The notes under the pieces: generated by a model
The model's input: the letters and a program-made list of their open reading frames with translations, nothing else
Told to the model about the DNA's origin: nothing
Databases searched by the model: none
NCBI GenBank assembly: GCA_965228735.1
Contig: OZ245838.1
Location: 2,208,001-2,272,000, forward strand
Length of the DNA: 64,000 nucleotides
Direction of reading: 5' to 3'
Source of the DNA: Planctomycetota bacterium
Lineage (GTDB): Bacteria; Planctomycetota; UBA1135; UBA2386
Program-made: the position numbers and the translations under genes
Shown here: piece after piece, positions 11,010-21,564 of the stretch
Position numbering within the stretch: the first letter of the stretch is position 1
Layout: every line of letters begins with the position of its first letter

Positions 11010-12383
11010 ATGACCATTCGCAACCTGATCTCCGGCGCCGACCTCGCCACCCGCCGCCGCTTCCTCGGCAACCTCGCCACGAGCACGCTCGGCGTCTCGA
11101 CCGCCGCCGCGTTCGGCAACAACGCGATCGCGCAGACGCTCGGCGGCCACAACTCCGGCCTCGCGGCGTTCCTCGGCGGCCAGGATCCGCAAGGACAGGA
11201 CCCTCAGGGTATGGGCACGGTCGCGCTCGAACGCGCCACCGCCAAGCACGTGATCTTCCTGTTCATGCGCGGCGGGATGAGCCACATCGACACGTTCGAT
11301 CCCAAGCCCGGCACCGAGACCGGCGGCGACACCGAGGCGATCGATACGCCGGCCGACGGCCTGCAACTCGGCCACCGCCTGCCCAACCTCGCGCGGCAGG
11401 GCGACAAGCTCTGCGTCATCAATTCGATGACGAGCAAGCAGGGCGCGCACGAGCAGGCGCAGTACGTGATGCGGACGAGCTACGAGATGCGCGGCACGAT
11501 CCAGCACGCGAGCCTCGGGGCGTGGCACCACCGCGTGGCGGGCCGGCTCAACGGCACGCTGCCGGGCCACGTGATCATCGGCGGCGGCGCCGACCTGCCG
11601 AGCGCGGGCTACTTCCCGCCGCAGTACCAGGCGCTGCCGATCGGCAGCGCGGACGCCGGCCTGCAGAACGCGACGCTGCCGCGCGGTGTCGACGAGGATC
11701 GCTTCCAGCGCCGCATGAAGAAGCTCGCTGAGCTCAACGAGGCGTTCGCCGCCCGCAACAAGCACCGCGGTGTGAAGGCCTACAGTGACTCGTACGAGGA
11801 CGCCGTTCGGTTGATGAACAGCAGCGACCTCAACGCGTTCGACATCGGCCAGGAGGCCGGCTCGATCCGCGGCGCCTACGGCAACTCCAACTTCGGCAAG
11901 GGCTGCCTGCTCGCGCGCCGGCTCGTCGAGCAGGGCGTGCGCTTCGTCGAGGTCATGGCCGGCGGCTGGGACACCCACGCCGACAACTTCGACCGCCTCG
12001 ACGACCTCTGCCCGCCCGTCGATCAGGCCGTCGGCGCGCTGATCGCGGACCTCTTCGCGCGCGGCCTCCTCGAGGACACCCTCGTCGTGCTCGCGACCGA
12101 GTTCGGCCGCACGCCGGACATCGATCCGGACCAGGGCCGCAACCACTATCCGAAGGCATTCAGCGCGATGCTGGCCGGCGGCGGCGTGCGCGGCGGCAGG
12201 CGCTACGGCAAGACCGACAAGGAAGGTCGCGAGGTCGTCGACGATCCGGTATCCATCCAGGACTTCAACGCCACGATCGCCTACGCCGCGGGCATCCCGC
12301 TGGATCACGTCGTCACGTCGGCGTCGGGCCGCCCGTTCAAGGTCGCCGACAAGGGCTCGGCGGTGACCGAGATCTTCGGCTGA
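11010..12383 (+). CDS. DUF1501 domain protein (Tat-exported, sulfatase-like fold)
   Basis: TRRRFL Tat motif. AKHVIFLFMRGGMSHIDTFDPKP, FGKGCLLARRLVEQGVRFVEV, GWDTH, EFGRTP, GRNHYP. Confidence 0.93.
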   Translation: MTIRNLISGADLATRRRFLGNLATSTLGVSTAAAFGNNAIAQTLGGHNSGLAAFLGGQDPQGQDPQGMGTVALERATAKHVIFLFMRGGMSHIDTFDPKPGTETGGDTEAIDTPADGLQLGHRLPNLARQGDKLCVINSMTSKQGAHEQAQYVMRTSYEMRGTIQHASLGAWHHRVAGRLNGTLPGHVIIGGGADLPSAGYFPPQYQALPIGSADAGLQNATLPRGVDEDRFQRRMKKLAELNEAFAARNKHRGVKAYSDSYEDAVRLMNSSDLNAFDIGQEAGSIRGAYGNSNFGKGCLLARRLVEQGVRFVEVMAGGWDTHADNFDRLDDLCPPVDQAVGALIADLFARGLLEDTLVVLATEFGRTPDIDPDQGRNHYPKAFSAMLAGGGVRGGRRYGKTDKEGREVVDDPVSIQDFNATIAYAAGIPLDHVVTSASGRPFKVADKGSAVTEIFG

Positions 12384-12456
12384 ACCGATCGTGCTAACAT
12401 CGACGGCAACAGCAGCGTCCGTCTGGCGCTGGAACGCCGCCCCTCGCATCCGAACC

Positions 12457-13590
12457 ATGAAACGATTCCTGCTCTTCGCCCCCCTCCTGCTCGCGCTGGC
12501 TGTGCCCGCGACCGCCCAGAAGAAGACCCCCAAGCCCACGGTCGACTTCGCGACCAAGATCTGGCCGATCCTCGAGAAGCGCTGCGTCGAGTGCCACCAG
12601 GCGCCCTACGTCGACAAGAACGGCCGCCGGAAGAAGCCCAAGGGTCGCGTCGAGCTCGACAGCATCGTCGGCATCCAGCGCAGCAAGCGCGGCAAGGTCG
12701 TGCGCGCGGGTGAAGGCGAGAAGTCGCTGCTCTGGGAGGTCATCACGCTGCCGGCCGAGGACGAGGACATCATGCCGCCGGCCAAGAAGGGGAAGCCCTT
12801 GAGCAAGAAGGAGACCGACCTCATCAAGAAGTGGATCGACGAGGGCGCGCACTTCGGCAAGTGGCAGGGCAAGGCCGACATCGAGGCCGAGAAGAAGGAG
12901 AAGGCCGAGGAGGCCGAAGAGAAGCAGAGCGGCAAGAGCGGCTCGGGCAAGTCCGATAAGGGCGGCTCGAGCAGCAAGTCCGGCAACGGCTCGTCGAGCA
13001 GTTCGAAGAAGAAGACGACGAAGAAGAAGGGCTCCTCGCCGCTCGTCCAACTCGCGAAGCGCCTGAAGCCGGTCGACCCCGAGGTCCTCGCGGGCTTCGC
13101 GGACGGGCCGTTCCGCGTCGCGAGCATCGACGTCGACAACCCGCTGCTGCAGGTCACGTCCTACGGCGAGACCGACCGCATCGACGACGCGGCCGTCGCC
13201 GCACTGCTGCCGATCGCGAGCCACATCGTGGAGCTCAACCTCGCGGCCACGCAGATCACCGACAAGGTCGGCCCGACGCTCGCGAAGATGACGAACCTCG
13301 TCACGCTCGACCTGCGTCAGACCGAGGTCAGCAACCACGCTGTCGCCGCGCTCGGCAAGTGCAGCGAACTGCGTCGTCTCAACCTCTACGGCACCGAGGT
13401 CGGCGACTACGGCGTGAACGCGCTCTCGAACCTGAAGAACCTCGAACGCCTCTACCTCTGGCAGACCGAGGTCTCGGCCAGCACGGTCGTGCGCCTGCGC
13501 GACTCGATCCCCGGCCTCGACGTCGTCGTCGCCGCGGACCTGCCGACGGCGTCGGCCGACGCCGGCAACCAGCCGCGCCGGCGCCGCTGA
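12457..13590 (+). CDS. Planctomycete cytochrome c (PSCyt1-like) domain + Lys/Ser/Gly-rich linker + leucine-rich repeats
   Basis: Signal MKRFLLFAPLLLALAVPATAQ. VDFATKIWPILEKRCVECH ... MPP ... IKKWIDEGA. C-terminal LRRs (LVTLDLRQTEV, LRRLNLYGTEV, LERLYLWQTEV). Confidence 0.88.
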   Translation: MKRFLLFAPLLLALAVPATAQKKTPKPTVDFATKIWPILEKRCVECHQAPYVDKNGRRKKPKGRVELDSIVGIQRSKRGKVVRAGEGEKSLLWEVITLPAEDEDIMPPAKKGKPLSKKETDLIKKWIDEGAHFGKWQGKADIEAEKKEKAEEAEEKQSGKSGSGKSDKGGSSSKSGNGSSSSSKKKTTKKKGSSPLVQLAKRLKPVDPEVLAGFADGPFRVASIDVDNPLLQVTSYGETDRIDDAAVAALLPIASHIVELNLAATQITDKVGPTLAKMTNLVTLDLRQTEVSNHAVAALGKCSELRRLNLYGTEVGDYGVNALSNLKNLERLYLWQTEVSASTVVRLRDSIPGLDVVVAADLPTASADAGNQPRRRR

Positions 13591-13628
13591 GGGAAGACGG
13601 CCGCCGCAGGCTGCCCGTACACGCAACA

Positions 13629-13665
13629 GCATCAGTCATCCGGGTCCCATCCAGCTGACTGATGC
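13629..13665. terminator. Perfect 10-bp inverted repeat downstream of the DUF1553-DUF1501-cytochrome cluster; possible hairpin or terminator
   Basis: GCATCAGTCA (13629-13638), 17-nt spacer, TGACTGATGC (13656-13665). No U-tract follows, so function is uncertain. Confidence 0.35.
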
Positions 13666-13906
13666 CGTCACTCGGCTCGCCTGGCCATGCACTGCCCTGC
13701 GAACCGAAACCCGTCGAGCCTGCAACCGCCCGCCGGACAGGTGTGATGTCGTTCGGGAGCGCCGTCCATTACGACGTTTTCGAGAACTTCGAGCCGCAGC
13801 CCACACAGCCGCGCTGCGATCGGGCGAATCGGTGCGGAAGAAGTTCCGACGATGCAACCAGACCGGGCGCATCGCCCGACCGCGCCGACGCGATAGCCTC
13901 TTCGGG

Positions 13907-15448
13907 ATGTCCCTCGCCCGTGCGTTCCTCCTCATCACCCTGGCGCTGACCGGCGCGCTGCCCGTCGTGGCGCAGGACGCGCGCCCGAACGTCGTGCTCA
14001 TCTACGGCGACGACGTCGGCTACGGCGACCTCGGCTGCTACGGCGCGGAGAAGATCCCGACCCCGAACCTCGATCGCCTTGCGAAGGCGGGTTTGCGCTT
14101 CACGGACGGCCATTGTTCGGCCGCGACGTGCACGCCTTCGAGGTTCTCGTTGCTCACGGGCATTCACGGTTTTCGGCACCGCGTGCGCATCTTGCCGCCG
14201 AACGCGCCGCTCACGATCCAGCCCGACATGTACACCCTGCCACGGATGTTTCGGGACAGCGGCTACGCCACTGCGGTCGTCGGCAAATGGCACCTCGGGA
14301 TCGGCGACGGGCAGACGCCGGTCGACTGGAACGCCGACGTGAAGCCCGGGCCACTCGAGGTCGGGTTCGAGTACTCGTTCCTGCTGCCGTCGACGAACGA
14401 CCGGGTGCCGTGCGTCTACGTCGAGAACCACCGGGTCGTCGGGCTCGATCCGAGCGATCCGCTGTTCGTCGGGCGGCAGAAGCCCGCGGGGTTCACCGGC
14501 ACGGTGTATCCGGACGGCAAGACCAACCGCGCGGCGATGACCTACTATCCGAGCAGCCACGGGCACGACCATTCGGTGATCGGCGGCATCGGTCGCATCG
14601 GCTACCAATGGGGCGGCAAGGCCGCGCTGTGGAACGACGAGACGATGGCCGACGTCTTCGTCGACAAGGCGAAGGCCTGGCTCGGCGAGCAGAGCGCGGA
14701 GCGGCCGTTCTTCCTGTTCTTCTCGTCGCAGGACATCCACGTGCCGCGCGCGCCGCACCCGCGCTTTCGCGGCCGGTCCGAGCTGTCGTATCGCGGGGAC
14801 GCGATGGTGCAGCTCGACTGGGCCGCGGGCGAGCTGCTCGCGGCGCTCGACGAGCACGGCTTCGCCGAGAACACGATCGTGATCTTCACGAGCGACAACG
14901 GCCCGGTCTACGACGACGGCTACGAGGACGGCACGACGGTGCCGACGTCGACGCGGGAGGTGGACCGGGGACACGACGGCTCGGGGCCGTTCCGCGGCGG
15001 CAAGTACCAGATCTACGAAGGCGGCACGCGCGTGCCGTTCCTGCTGCGCTGGCCGGGTCGCGTCGAGCCCGGCGTTTCGGATGCGCTCGTGAGCCAGATC
15101 GACCTGCTCGCGTCGTTCGCGCAGTTGCTCGGCCACGAGCTGGGGGCCGAACAGGCGATCGACAGTCGCGCCACGCTCGGTGCGTTCCTCGGTGAGGACG
15201 CGACCGGACTGCCGTTCATGATCGAGGAAGCGCGGACGCTGGCGCTGCGGCAGGGCCACTGGAAGTTCATCCGCCCGCGGGGCAAGCGCGGCCAGGACCG
15301 CGGCGTCGGTGGTCAGCTGTTCGATCTGCAGTCGGACATCGGCGAGCAGAACGACGTGAGCGCCGAGCATCCGGAGCGCGCGGCGGCAATGCGCTCGCTG
15401 CTCGCCGAGCTCACCGCCGACGCGCGCGGGATCCGGCAGCGACGCTGA
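13907..15448 (+). CDS. Arylsulfatase (formylglycine-dependent S1 sulfatase)
   Basis: Signal peptide, RPNVVLIYGDDVGYGD, CTPSRFSLLTG (CxPxR), GKWHLG, FTSDNG, RGGKYQIYEGGTRVP. Confidence 0.95.
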   Translation: MSLARAFLLITLALTGALPVVAQDARPNVVLIYGDDVGYGDLGCYGAEKIPTPNLDRLAKAGLRFTDGHCSAATCTPSRFSLLTGIHGFRHRVRILPPNAPLTIQPDMYTLPRMFRDSGYATAVVGKWHLGIGDGQTPVDWNADVKPGPLEVGFEYSFLLPSTNDRVPCVYVENHRVVGLDPSDPLFVGRQKPAGFTGTVYPDGKTNRAAMTYYPSSHGHDHSVIGGIGRIGYQWGGKAALWNDETMADVFVDKAKAWLGEQSAERPFFLFFSSQDIHVPRAPHPRFRGRSELSYRGDAMVQLDWAAGELLAALDEHGFAENTIVIFTSDNGPVYDDGYEDGTTVPTSTREVDRGHDGSGPFRGGKYQIYEGGTRVPFLLRWPGRVEPGVSDALVSQIDLLASFAQLLGHELGAEQAIDSRATLGAFLGEDATGLPFMIEEARTLALRQGHWKFIRPRGKRGQDRGVGGQLFDLQSDIGEQNDVSAEHPERAAAMRSLLAELTADARGIRQRR

Positions 15449-15466
15449 GGCCGCTGCCGGCGTTGG

Positions 15467-18382
15467 CTACTTGCGCCGCAGGTCGATGTTGACTTCGACC
15501 GGACCGCGCACCGGCACGACGACCTTGCCGACCGAGACGGCGGCGGCGTGCGCGCCCGTCGCGCGATCGACGAACGCGGCCTCGACGTCGTACAGCCCCG
15601 GCGACAGTTCGGTCTGAAACCGCCCCCGATCGTCGCTGTCGCCGCTCCCGTGGGCACTGCGCCCGCCTTCCTGCATGCGGAAGTTCAGGCGTGCGTGCGG
15701 CACGGCCTGCCCGTCGATGAGGACCGTGCCGGTGACGGGAACCGGCGCCGCGGATGCACCATCGAGCAGCAGCGCGCGCACTTCGCCGTCCTCGAGCCCG
15801 CGGACCTCGCCGATCGGCAGCGACTGGTAGATCATCGCGCCCGTGCGGCCCGGCGTCTGGAACCCGAGCCAGATCTGCCAGTCCTGGACCGGCACGTTCG
15901 GCAGTTCGAAGGTGCCGTCGGCCCCGACCGCCGCCTTGGCCTTCTTCCACGCCACCCGCCGCGGGAACCAGATGCGCGGCTCCGCCATCGAGCGCAGGAA
16001 TACGTAGGCGTTGGCCGACTCGCGCATGAACGACGCGTTGCCAAGGCGCCCCTTCAGCTTCGCGCCGAATCGCAGCTCGACCAAGAGGCGCGTCGCGCCG
16101 GCCCGGTCCGTGACGTCCACGAGGCTCGGCGCATAACCGTCCGCGACAACCCGCAGGCGGCCGCCCGCCGTCGCGCCGAGCGCGTGCGGCAGCGGCACCG
16201 TGAGTTCGCCGCGCTCGTTCGTCGCGCCGCCCGCGCCACGCACGAGCTGCCCTGTGGCCGGCAGCTGCGTCGTCCCGCCGCCGCCCTTGCCGGCAGTCGA
16301 GGCTAGCAGATCGAGACCCGCCCACTCGCTCAACTCACCGACCTGGAAGAACAGATCGCACGCTGCGCCCGCGACGGGTTCGCCATTCGTATCGACGACC
16401 TCGACGACCATCTCGGCAACGGGCGGCAGCACGAGCCGCGCCGCCGTCGTGCCGACCACGACGTCGAGTTCGAGCTGAACGCTGTAGTGCCGACGCACGA
16501 CGAGCGCTCGATACCTTCCTGGCATCATGCCCTCGAAGCGCATGACCCCGCCCCGCCGCATCCCACCGGAGTAGCCCGACGAGAACCGCAGGCCGCCGGG
16601 CATCCACTGCCGGGTGCCCTGGCGATGCAGCTGCAGGTCGAACGCTTCGACTGGCGTCATCGCCGGCGCCTGCACGACCTGCACGCTCAGGTCGACGGTC
16701 GGCCCGAGCTCGATCCGGAGGTCCTCGCGCCCCCAATCGACCTCGGTCTCGGACAGCAGCTCCGCGATGTGGAAGCGGTGACGCCAGATGGAAACGGTGG
16801 TCGTCGCCGACCCACCGCGCGAGCGGCGCACCTCGAACGCGCCGCTGCTGTCGGTATCGCCCGAGCTCCGACCGCCGGTGCAACTGACCGCGAGTCCCTC
16901 GACCGGCTCCCCGTCCGCGTCGACGACGACGCCGCGCACGACGTCGGCGCCGCGATGCACGCGCAGGTCCAGGAACGCGTCGTCGCGCGTGACGACGAAG
17001 TTGCTGTTCACGGCTTCGAGCGCACGGTCGCCGTAGTAGACCCAGTATTCGCCCGTGGGCAGCGGGCGCGGCAGGCGGAATTCACCATTGGCGTCGGTCG
17101 TGACCGGCGGGTAGCCGCGCCCGCTCGCGATCCAGCGGTCAGGCGTGTCACGCCGGTTCCGCGGCAGGACGTTCACCTCGGTGTCCGCGACCGGCCGGTC
17201 GCCGGTATCGCGCACCCGCCCGCGAATCATGACTGCTTCGCACAGCCGCAGCGTGCCGAGATCGACCGCCGCGCCGCGGCGGGACCGCAGCACCTGCGAG
17301 ATCTCCGCCCACGCGTCGTCGTGGCGCACGATGCACTGCAAGGCCGCGACGGGATCACGCAGCTGGAGCGCGAACGTGCCGTCAGCTTTCGTCGCGAGCT
17401 CCGCCAGAACGCGCTCCTCGGGCACGGGCTCGTTCGGATCCATGGCAGGGACGTAGGCGACTCCCCCGCCGGGGTCCTCGCTCATCGGCAGGATGAGCTG
17501 CACCGTTGCCCCTTCGACCGGCTCACCGCCGTTGTCCCACAACACCCGGCCGAAGACCTCGATCGCCACGTCGGCGGTCGCCACGCGATCGACCGGCGCC
17601 GGCGTGGCAGTGTCGCTCGCATCGCCGACGACGCCGGTCGACTCCGCTGGCTCCGAACTGGCGACGCCGTCCGCAGCGGCCCCACCCGCATTGGACGGCG
17701 CGGCGAGCGGCGCGTCGGGCAACCAGAACAGCAATCCGAAGACGACCGCTACGGCGGCCACGACCAGTAACTTCACGTTCACGAGGATCACCATCACCGC
17801 GGCCGCAGCGACCGCTCCGAGACTCGTGGATGGCACGTTCGTTCCGAACGTCGAAGCGACGGGCAGCAGCCAGGCCGACCGGCTGCCGTGCCGGCGGTCG
17901 AGCCGCTCGCGCAGTTGCAGCACGCCGCGCTTCACGCGCGAGCGCACCGTTTCGAGCGGCGCGCCGACTCGCGCACTGATCTCGCGACACGACAGGTCGT
18001 CGAAGTAACGGAGCAGAACGGCCGTCCGATACGGCTCGTCGAGCGCCATCACTTCCTGCACGACGTCCTGCTGCAACGCCGCGCGCGCGACGACCTCGTC
18101 GGTCGCCGGTACTGCGTTGCTGCCGGCCCGCGGCTCCGCGCTGCGTTCGCGCCGCCACCGCCGCACTTCGGCGCGACCGCGATTGGCGATCAGCCGCCGC
18201 ACGGCGCCGACGAGCCAGGGCCGCAACGCCCCGCGAATCCCGCCGCGCGTCTGCCACGCCGCGAGCATCGCTTCCTGCGCCACGTCCTCGGCGAGCTCGC
18301 GGTCCCCGCACAGCCCGCGCGCCAGGCGCGTGAGCCACTCGGAGTCCTTGAGGAGCGCCGTCGCGTCACCGAAGGTCGGCAT
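15467..18382 (-). CDS. ECF sigma-70 factor fused to a TM helix and extracytoplasmic carboxypeptidase-regulatory-like beta-sandwich repeats
   Basis: Sigma2 (LAEDVAQEAMLAAW...PWL) and sigma4 (LDEPYRTAVLLRYFDDLSCREIS...ETVRSRVKRG). TM VAAAAVMVILVNVKLLVVAAVAVVFGLLFW. Repeated GRV..D..GEPV.GA.V ... TD.DG.F.L units. Confidence 0.88.
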   Translation of the reverse strand: MPTFGDATALLKDSEWLTRLARGLCGDRELAEDVAQEAMLAAWQTRGGIRGALRPWLVGAVRRLIANRGRAEVRRWRRERSAEPRAGSNAVPATDEVVARAALQQDVVQEVMALDEPYRTAVLLRYFDDLSCREISARVGAPLETVRSRVKRGVLQLRERLDRRHGSRSAWLLPVASTFGTNVPSTSLGAVAAAAVMVILVNVKLLVVAAVAVVFGLLFWLPDAPLAAPSNAGGAAADGVASSEPAESTGVVGDASDTATPAPVDRVATADVAIEVFGRVLWDNGGEPVEGATVQLILPMSEDPGGGVAYVPAMDPNEPVPEERVLAELATKADGTFALQLRDPVAALQCIVRHDDAWAEISQVLRSRRGAAVDLGTLRLCEAVMIRGRVRDTGDRPVADTEVNVLPRNRRDTPDRWIASGRGYPPVTTDANGEFRLPRPLPTGEYWVYYGDRALEAVNSNFVVTRDDAFLDLRVHRGADVVRGVVVDADGEPVEGLAVSCTGGRSSGDTDSSGAFEVRRSRGGSATTTVSIWRHRFHIAELLSETEVDWGREDLRIELGPTVDLSVQVVQAPAMTPVEAFDLQLHRQGTRQWMPGGLRFSSGYSGGMRRGGVMRFEGMMPGRYRALVVRRHYSVQLELDVVVGTTAARLVLPPVAEMVVEVVDTNGEPVAGAACDLFFQVGELSEWAGLDLLASTAGKGGGGTTQLPATGQLVRGAGGATNERGELTVPLPHALGATAGGRLRVVADGYAPSLVDVTDRAGATRLLVELRFGAKLKGRLGNASFMRESANAYVFLRSMAEPRIWFPRRVAWKKAKAAVGADGTFELPNVPVQDWQIWLGFQTPGRTGAMIYQSLPIGEVRGLEDGEVRALLLDGASAAPVPVTGTVLIDGQAVPHARLNFRMQEGGRSAHGSGDSDDRGRFQTELSPGLYDVEAAFVDRATGAHAAAVSVGKVVVPVRGPVEVNIDLRRK

Positions 18383-18516
18383 GTCGAAACGTTCATCCAC
18401 GCCGAGGAGTGGTCGCAACCCCCCGAGGTGGTGCCAGAAATCTCCCCCCCGCGCCCCGCCGCACCGACCCGGCCCGAACAGGCAACGGCGTGGGGCCCAT
18501 AAGGAGTTTCTCCAGA

Positions 18517-21500
18517 CTAGCTTACGGACCGGCGCCCGCGCGACCAGACGAGCGAGTAGGCCGCCGGAATCAGCACGAGCGTGATCAGCGTCGACGCCAG
18601 GAGCCCGCCGACCACGGTCCGGGCGAGTGGGGCCTGGGCCTCGGAACCTTCGCCGATGCCGATGGCGAGCGGCAGCAGGCCGAGGATCGTGGTCGACGTC
18701 GTCATCAGGATCGGCCGCAGCCGTCGGCGCCCCGCCTCGGCGATCGCCGCCGCGAGCGGCCGATCGGCGGCAAGGCGGTTGGCCTGATCGACGAGCAGGA
18801 TCGCGTTGTTCACCACGATGCCGCCGAGCATGATCGTCCCGATCGCGGACTGCACGTTGAGCGTCGTCCCGGTCGCGACGAGCGTGATGACCACGCCGAT
18901 CGCGGCGAAGGGCACCGCCATCATCACGATGATCGGATCACGGAACGACTCGTACTGGCAGGCGAGCGCCATGTAGACGAGCAGGATCGCGAGCAGCAGG
19001 CTCACGAGCAGTTCGTCGAACGCCGCCTGCTGCTCTTCGAAGCCACCGGCCACGGACAGCTCGTAGCCGACCGGGCGCGGAATCTCGGCGAGCCGCGCGT
19101 CGACCTCAGCCGCGACCGAGCCGAGCGGCCGGCCGGAGACGTTGGCCGAGACCGTGATGATGCGCTGCTGGTCCTTGCGGTCGATGACGACGGGCCCACG
19201 CCCGGCCCGGTCGTCGAGCACGCTGCGCAGTGCAACGTCGTCCCCCGTCGGCGTGCTGAGCGTGAGATCGAGGACCTCGTCGAGGGTCAGCTGGTCGACG
19301 TCCTGCAGCTGCACGAGAATGCGATAGGAGTTGCCGTCGACGCGGTAGTCCCCAGCGCGCGTGCCGGCGACCGCGGTCTCGAGCGCCTCGGCCACGTCGC
19401 GCACGGTCAGGCCGACGTCGGCGGCCTTGTCCCGGTCCACGAGCAGCATCTGCTGCGGGATGCCCTCCTCCCGGCTCACGTCGACGTCCGTCACGCCTGG
19501 CGTCGACGCCACGGTCTCGACGGCCTGCCGCGCGAGCACGTCGAGGACGCCGAACTCGAAGCCGCGGACCTCGATCGCCAGGCCCTCCTGGCCGGAGCCG
19601 AGCAGTCGCTCGAGCAGAAACTGTCCCTGGCGCGCGCGCGTGCGCACCACGGCGCCCGCGACGTTGCCGTCGAGGAGCTCGCGCAGATCGTCCGCGATCG
19701 CCACGTTGGAGCGGGCCCGATCCTGCGGCGGCACGAGCGACACCTGCACCGACGCCTCGGCGGAGTCCTGCGTGCCGCCCTCGACGCTAACGATCACGGC
19801 CCGCGCCTCCGGCACGGCGTCCCGCACCGCGGTCTCGACGATCCGCGCCTGCCGGTCGACGAGATCCGTCCGGGTGCCGAGCTCCATCTCGGCCGTGACC
19901 CGCACCTCGCTCTCGTCGCTCGGCGGCAGGAACTCGGTGCCGATCGCCGGCAGCATCGTCAGACTCGCCGCCAGCGCGGCGACCGCGACGAGCACCGTGA
20001 GGCCCCGGTTCTGCAGGGCGCCGTGGATCAGCCGGCCATACAGCCCGTCCAGGCCGCGGCGCGCGGGCGCGTCGGCGACCGCAGCGGTCGCCGGGGCGGG
20101 CAGCAGTCGCGAGGCCAGCATCGGCAGCACCGTGAGCGCGACGAGCAGCGCGCTGACGAGCGAGAAGACGATGACGAGCGCGAGCTCCTGGAAGAGCAGT
20201 CCGACGGCACCGCGCACGAAGACCACGGGCAGGAAGATCACGAGCGTCGTGATCGTGCTCGCGAGGATCGCCGGAGCGACCTCGACCGCGCCGCGGACCG
20301 CCGCGACCGGCGCCGACTCGCCCTCCTCCCGCTGCCGCCGGAACACGTTCTCGAGGACGACGATCGAACTGTCGACCATCATGCCGACGCCCAGCGCAAG
20401 GCCGCCGAGCGTCATCAGGTTGAGGGTGAACCCGGCCAGGTAGACGAGCGCGAAGGTCGCGATCGCGGAGATCGGGATGGCGAGAGCGACGACCGCCGTG
20501 CTGCGGACGCTGCGCAGGAAGAACAGGAGCACGAGCACCGCGAACCCACCGCCGTAGAGCACCGACAGTGCGACGTTCTCGATCGAGCGCTCGATGAAGT
20601 TGCCCTGGTTGCTGACCGGAACGACATGGATCTGCGGCATGTCGCGGTTGCACGCGTCGATCTCCGCGAGGATCGCCTTGGCGACCTCGACGGTGTTGGC
20701 CTCGCCCTGCTTGCGGATCGCGACGCGGATCCCGGTCTCGCCGTCGATGCGCACGATGCGCGTCCGGCGCTCGTAGGTGTCCAGCACCTTGCTGATCTGA
20801 CCGAGTCGTACGGGCGCGCCGTCACGGATCGCGACCACGGTGCTGTTGATCTCGTCGAGACTGGTGAACTCGGCCGGCGCCCGCAGCGTCACCTCGTAGC
20901 GGCCGCGTTCGATCGTGCCGGCGGGCAGATCGAGGTTGGCGTCGCGGATGGCGTTGGTGACGACGTCCAGGGGCAGCCGCAGCGCGTTGAGGCGCGCGGG
21001 ATCCAGCTCGATCCGGACCTCCCGCGGGTAGCCGCCCCACAGGTCCACCTGCGCGACACCGGGCACGCGCGCGAAGCGGTATCGCACCTGCTTCTCGACG
21101 ATCTCGGTCAGCTGCACGGGATCGAGCGCGCTCGAGATGCCGAGCAGCACGACCGGGAAGCTCGCGATGTCGAACTTGCGGATCTGCGGTCGCACCACGT
21201 CCTCGGGCAGTTCGCTGATCTCGTCGTCGATGCGGGCCTGCACGTCCTGCGCCACGACGTCGAGGTCGGTCCCCCAACCGAACGTGACGCGGATGTCGCT
21301 GCGCCCTTCGCGCGAGCTCGACGTCATCTCCTCGACGCCCGGCACCGCCGCGACGATCTCCTCGAGGATCTGGGTCACGAGCCGCTCGACGACCTCCGGG
21401 CTCGCGCCATCGTATCCGGTCCGGACCGACAGCCGCGGCAGCTCGACCGCGGGCAGCATGTCGATGCGCAGCCGCGTCAACGCAACGACGCCGATGAGCA

Positions 21501-21564
21501 GCGTCATCAGCGTGAACATGGTCGTGAAGACCGGTCGCCGGACGCTGAAGTCGGGCAGGCTCAT
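18517..21564 (-). CDS. RND efflux permease, AcrB/AcrD/AcrF family
   Basis: 1015 aa. [64 protein letters not shown]. Confidence 0.96.
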   Translation of the reverse strand: MSLPDFSVRRPVFTTMFTLMTLLIGVVALTRLRIDMLPAVELPRLSVRTGYDGASPEVVERLVTQILEEIVAAVPGVEEMTSSSREGRSDIRVTFGWGTDLDVVAQDVQARIDDEISELPEDVVRPQIRKFDIASFPVVLLGISSALDPVQLTEIVEKQVRYRFARVPGVAQVDLWGGYPREVRIELDPARLNALRLPLDVVTNAIRDANLDLPAGTIERGRYEVTLRAPAEFTSLDEINSTVVAIRDGAPVRLGQISKVLDTYERRTRIVRIDGETGIRVAIRKQGEANTVEVAKAILAEIDACNRDMPQIHVVPVSNQGNFIERSIENVALSVLYGGGFAVLVLLFFLRSVRSTAVVALAIPISAIATFALVYLAGFTLNLMTLGGLALGVGMMVDSSIVVLENVFRRQREEGESAPVAAVRGAVEVAPAILASTITTLVIFLPVVFVRGAVGLLFQELALVIVFSLVSALLVALTVLPMLASRLLPAPATAAVADAPARRGLDGLYGRLIHGALQNRGLTVLVAVAALAASLTMLPAIGTEFLPPSDESEVRVTAEMELGTRTDLVDRQARIVETAVRDAVPEARAVIVSVEGGTQDSAEASVQVSLVPPQDRARSNVAIADDLRELLDGNVAGAVVRTRARQGQFLLERLLGSGQEGLAIEVRGFEFGVLDVLARQAVETVASTPGVTDVDVSREEGIPQQMLLVDRDKAADVGLTVRDVAEALETAVAGTRAGDYRVDGNSYRILVQLQDVDQLTLDEVLDLTLSTPTGDDVALRSVLDDRAGRGPVVIDRKDQQRIITVSANVSGRPLGSVAAEVDARLAEIPRPVGYELSVAGGFEEQQAAFDELLVSLLLAILLVYMALACQYESFRDPIIVMMAVPFAAIGVVITLVATGTTLNVQSAIGTIMLGGIVVNNAILLVDQANRLAADRPLAAAIAEAGRRRLRPILMTTSTTILGLLPLAIGIGEGSEAQAPLARTVVGGLLASTLITLVLIPAAYSLVWSRGRRSVS

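Noticed and set aside
18415..18437. Sigma-54 promoter upstream of the extended ECF (minus strand TGGCAC...TTGC)
   Set aside because: The spacer is 12 nt instead of the required 5, so it is not a -24/-12 promoter.
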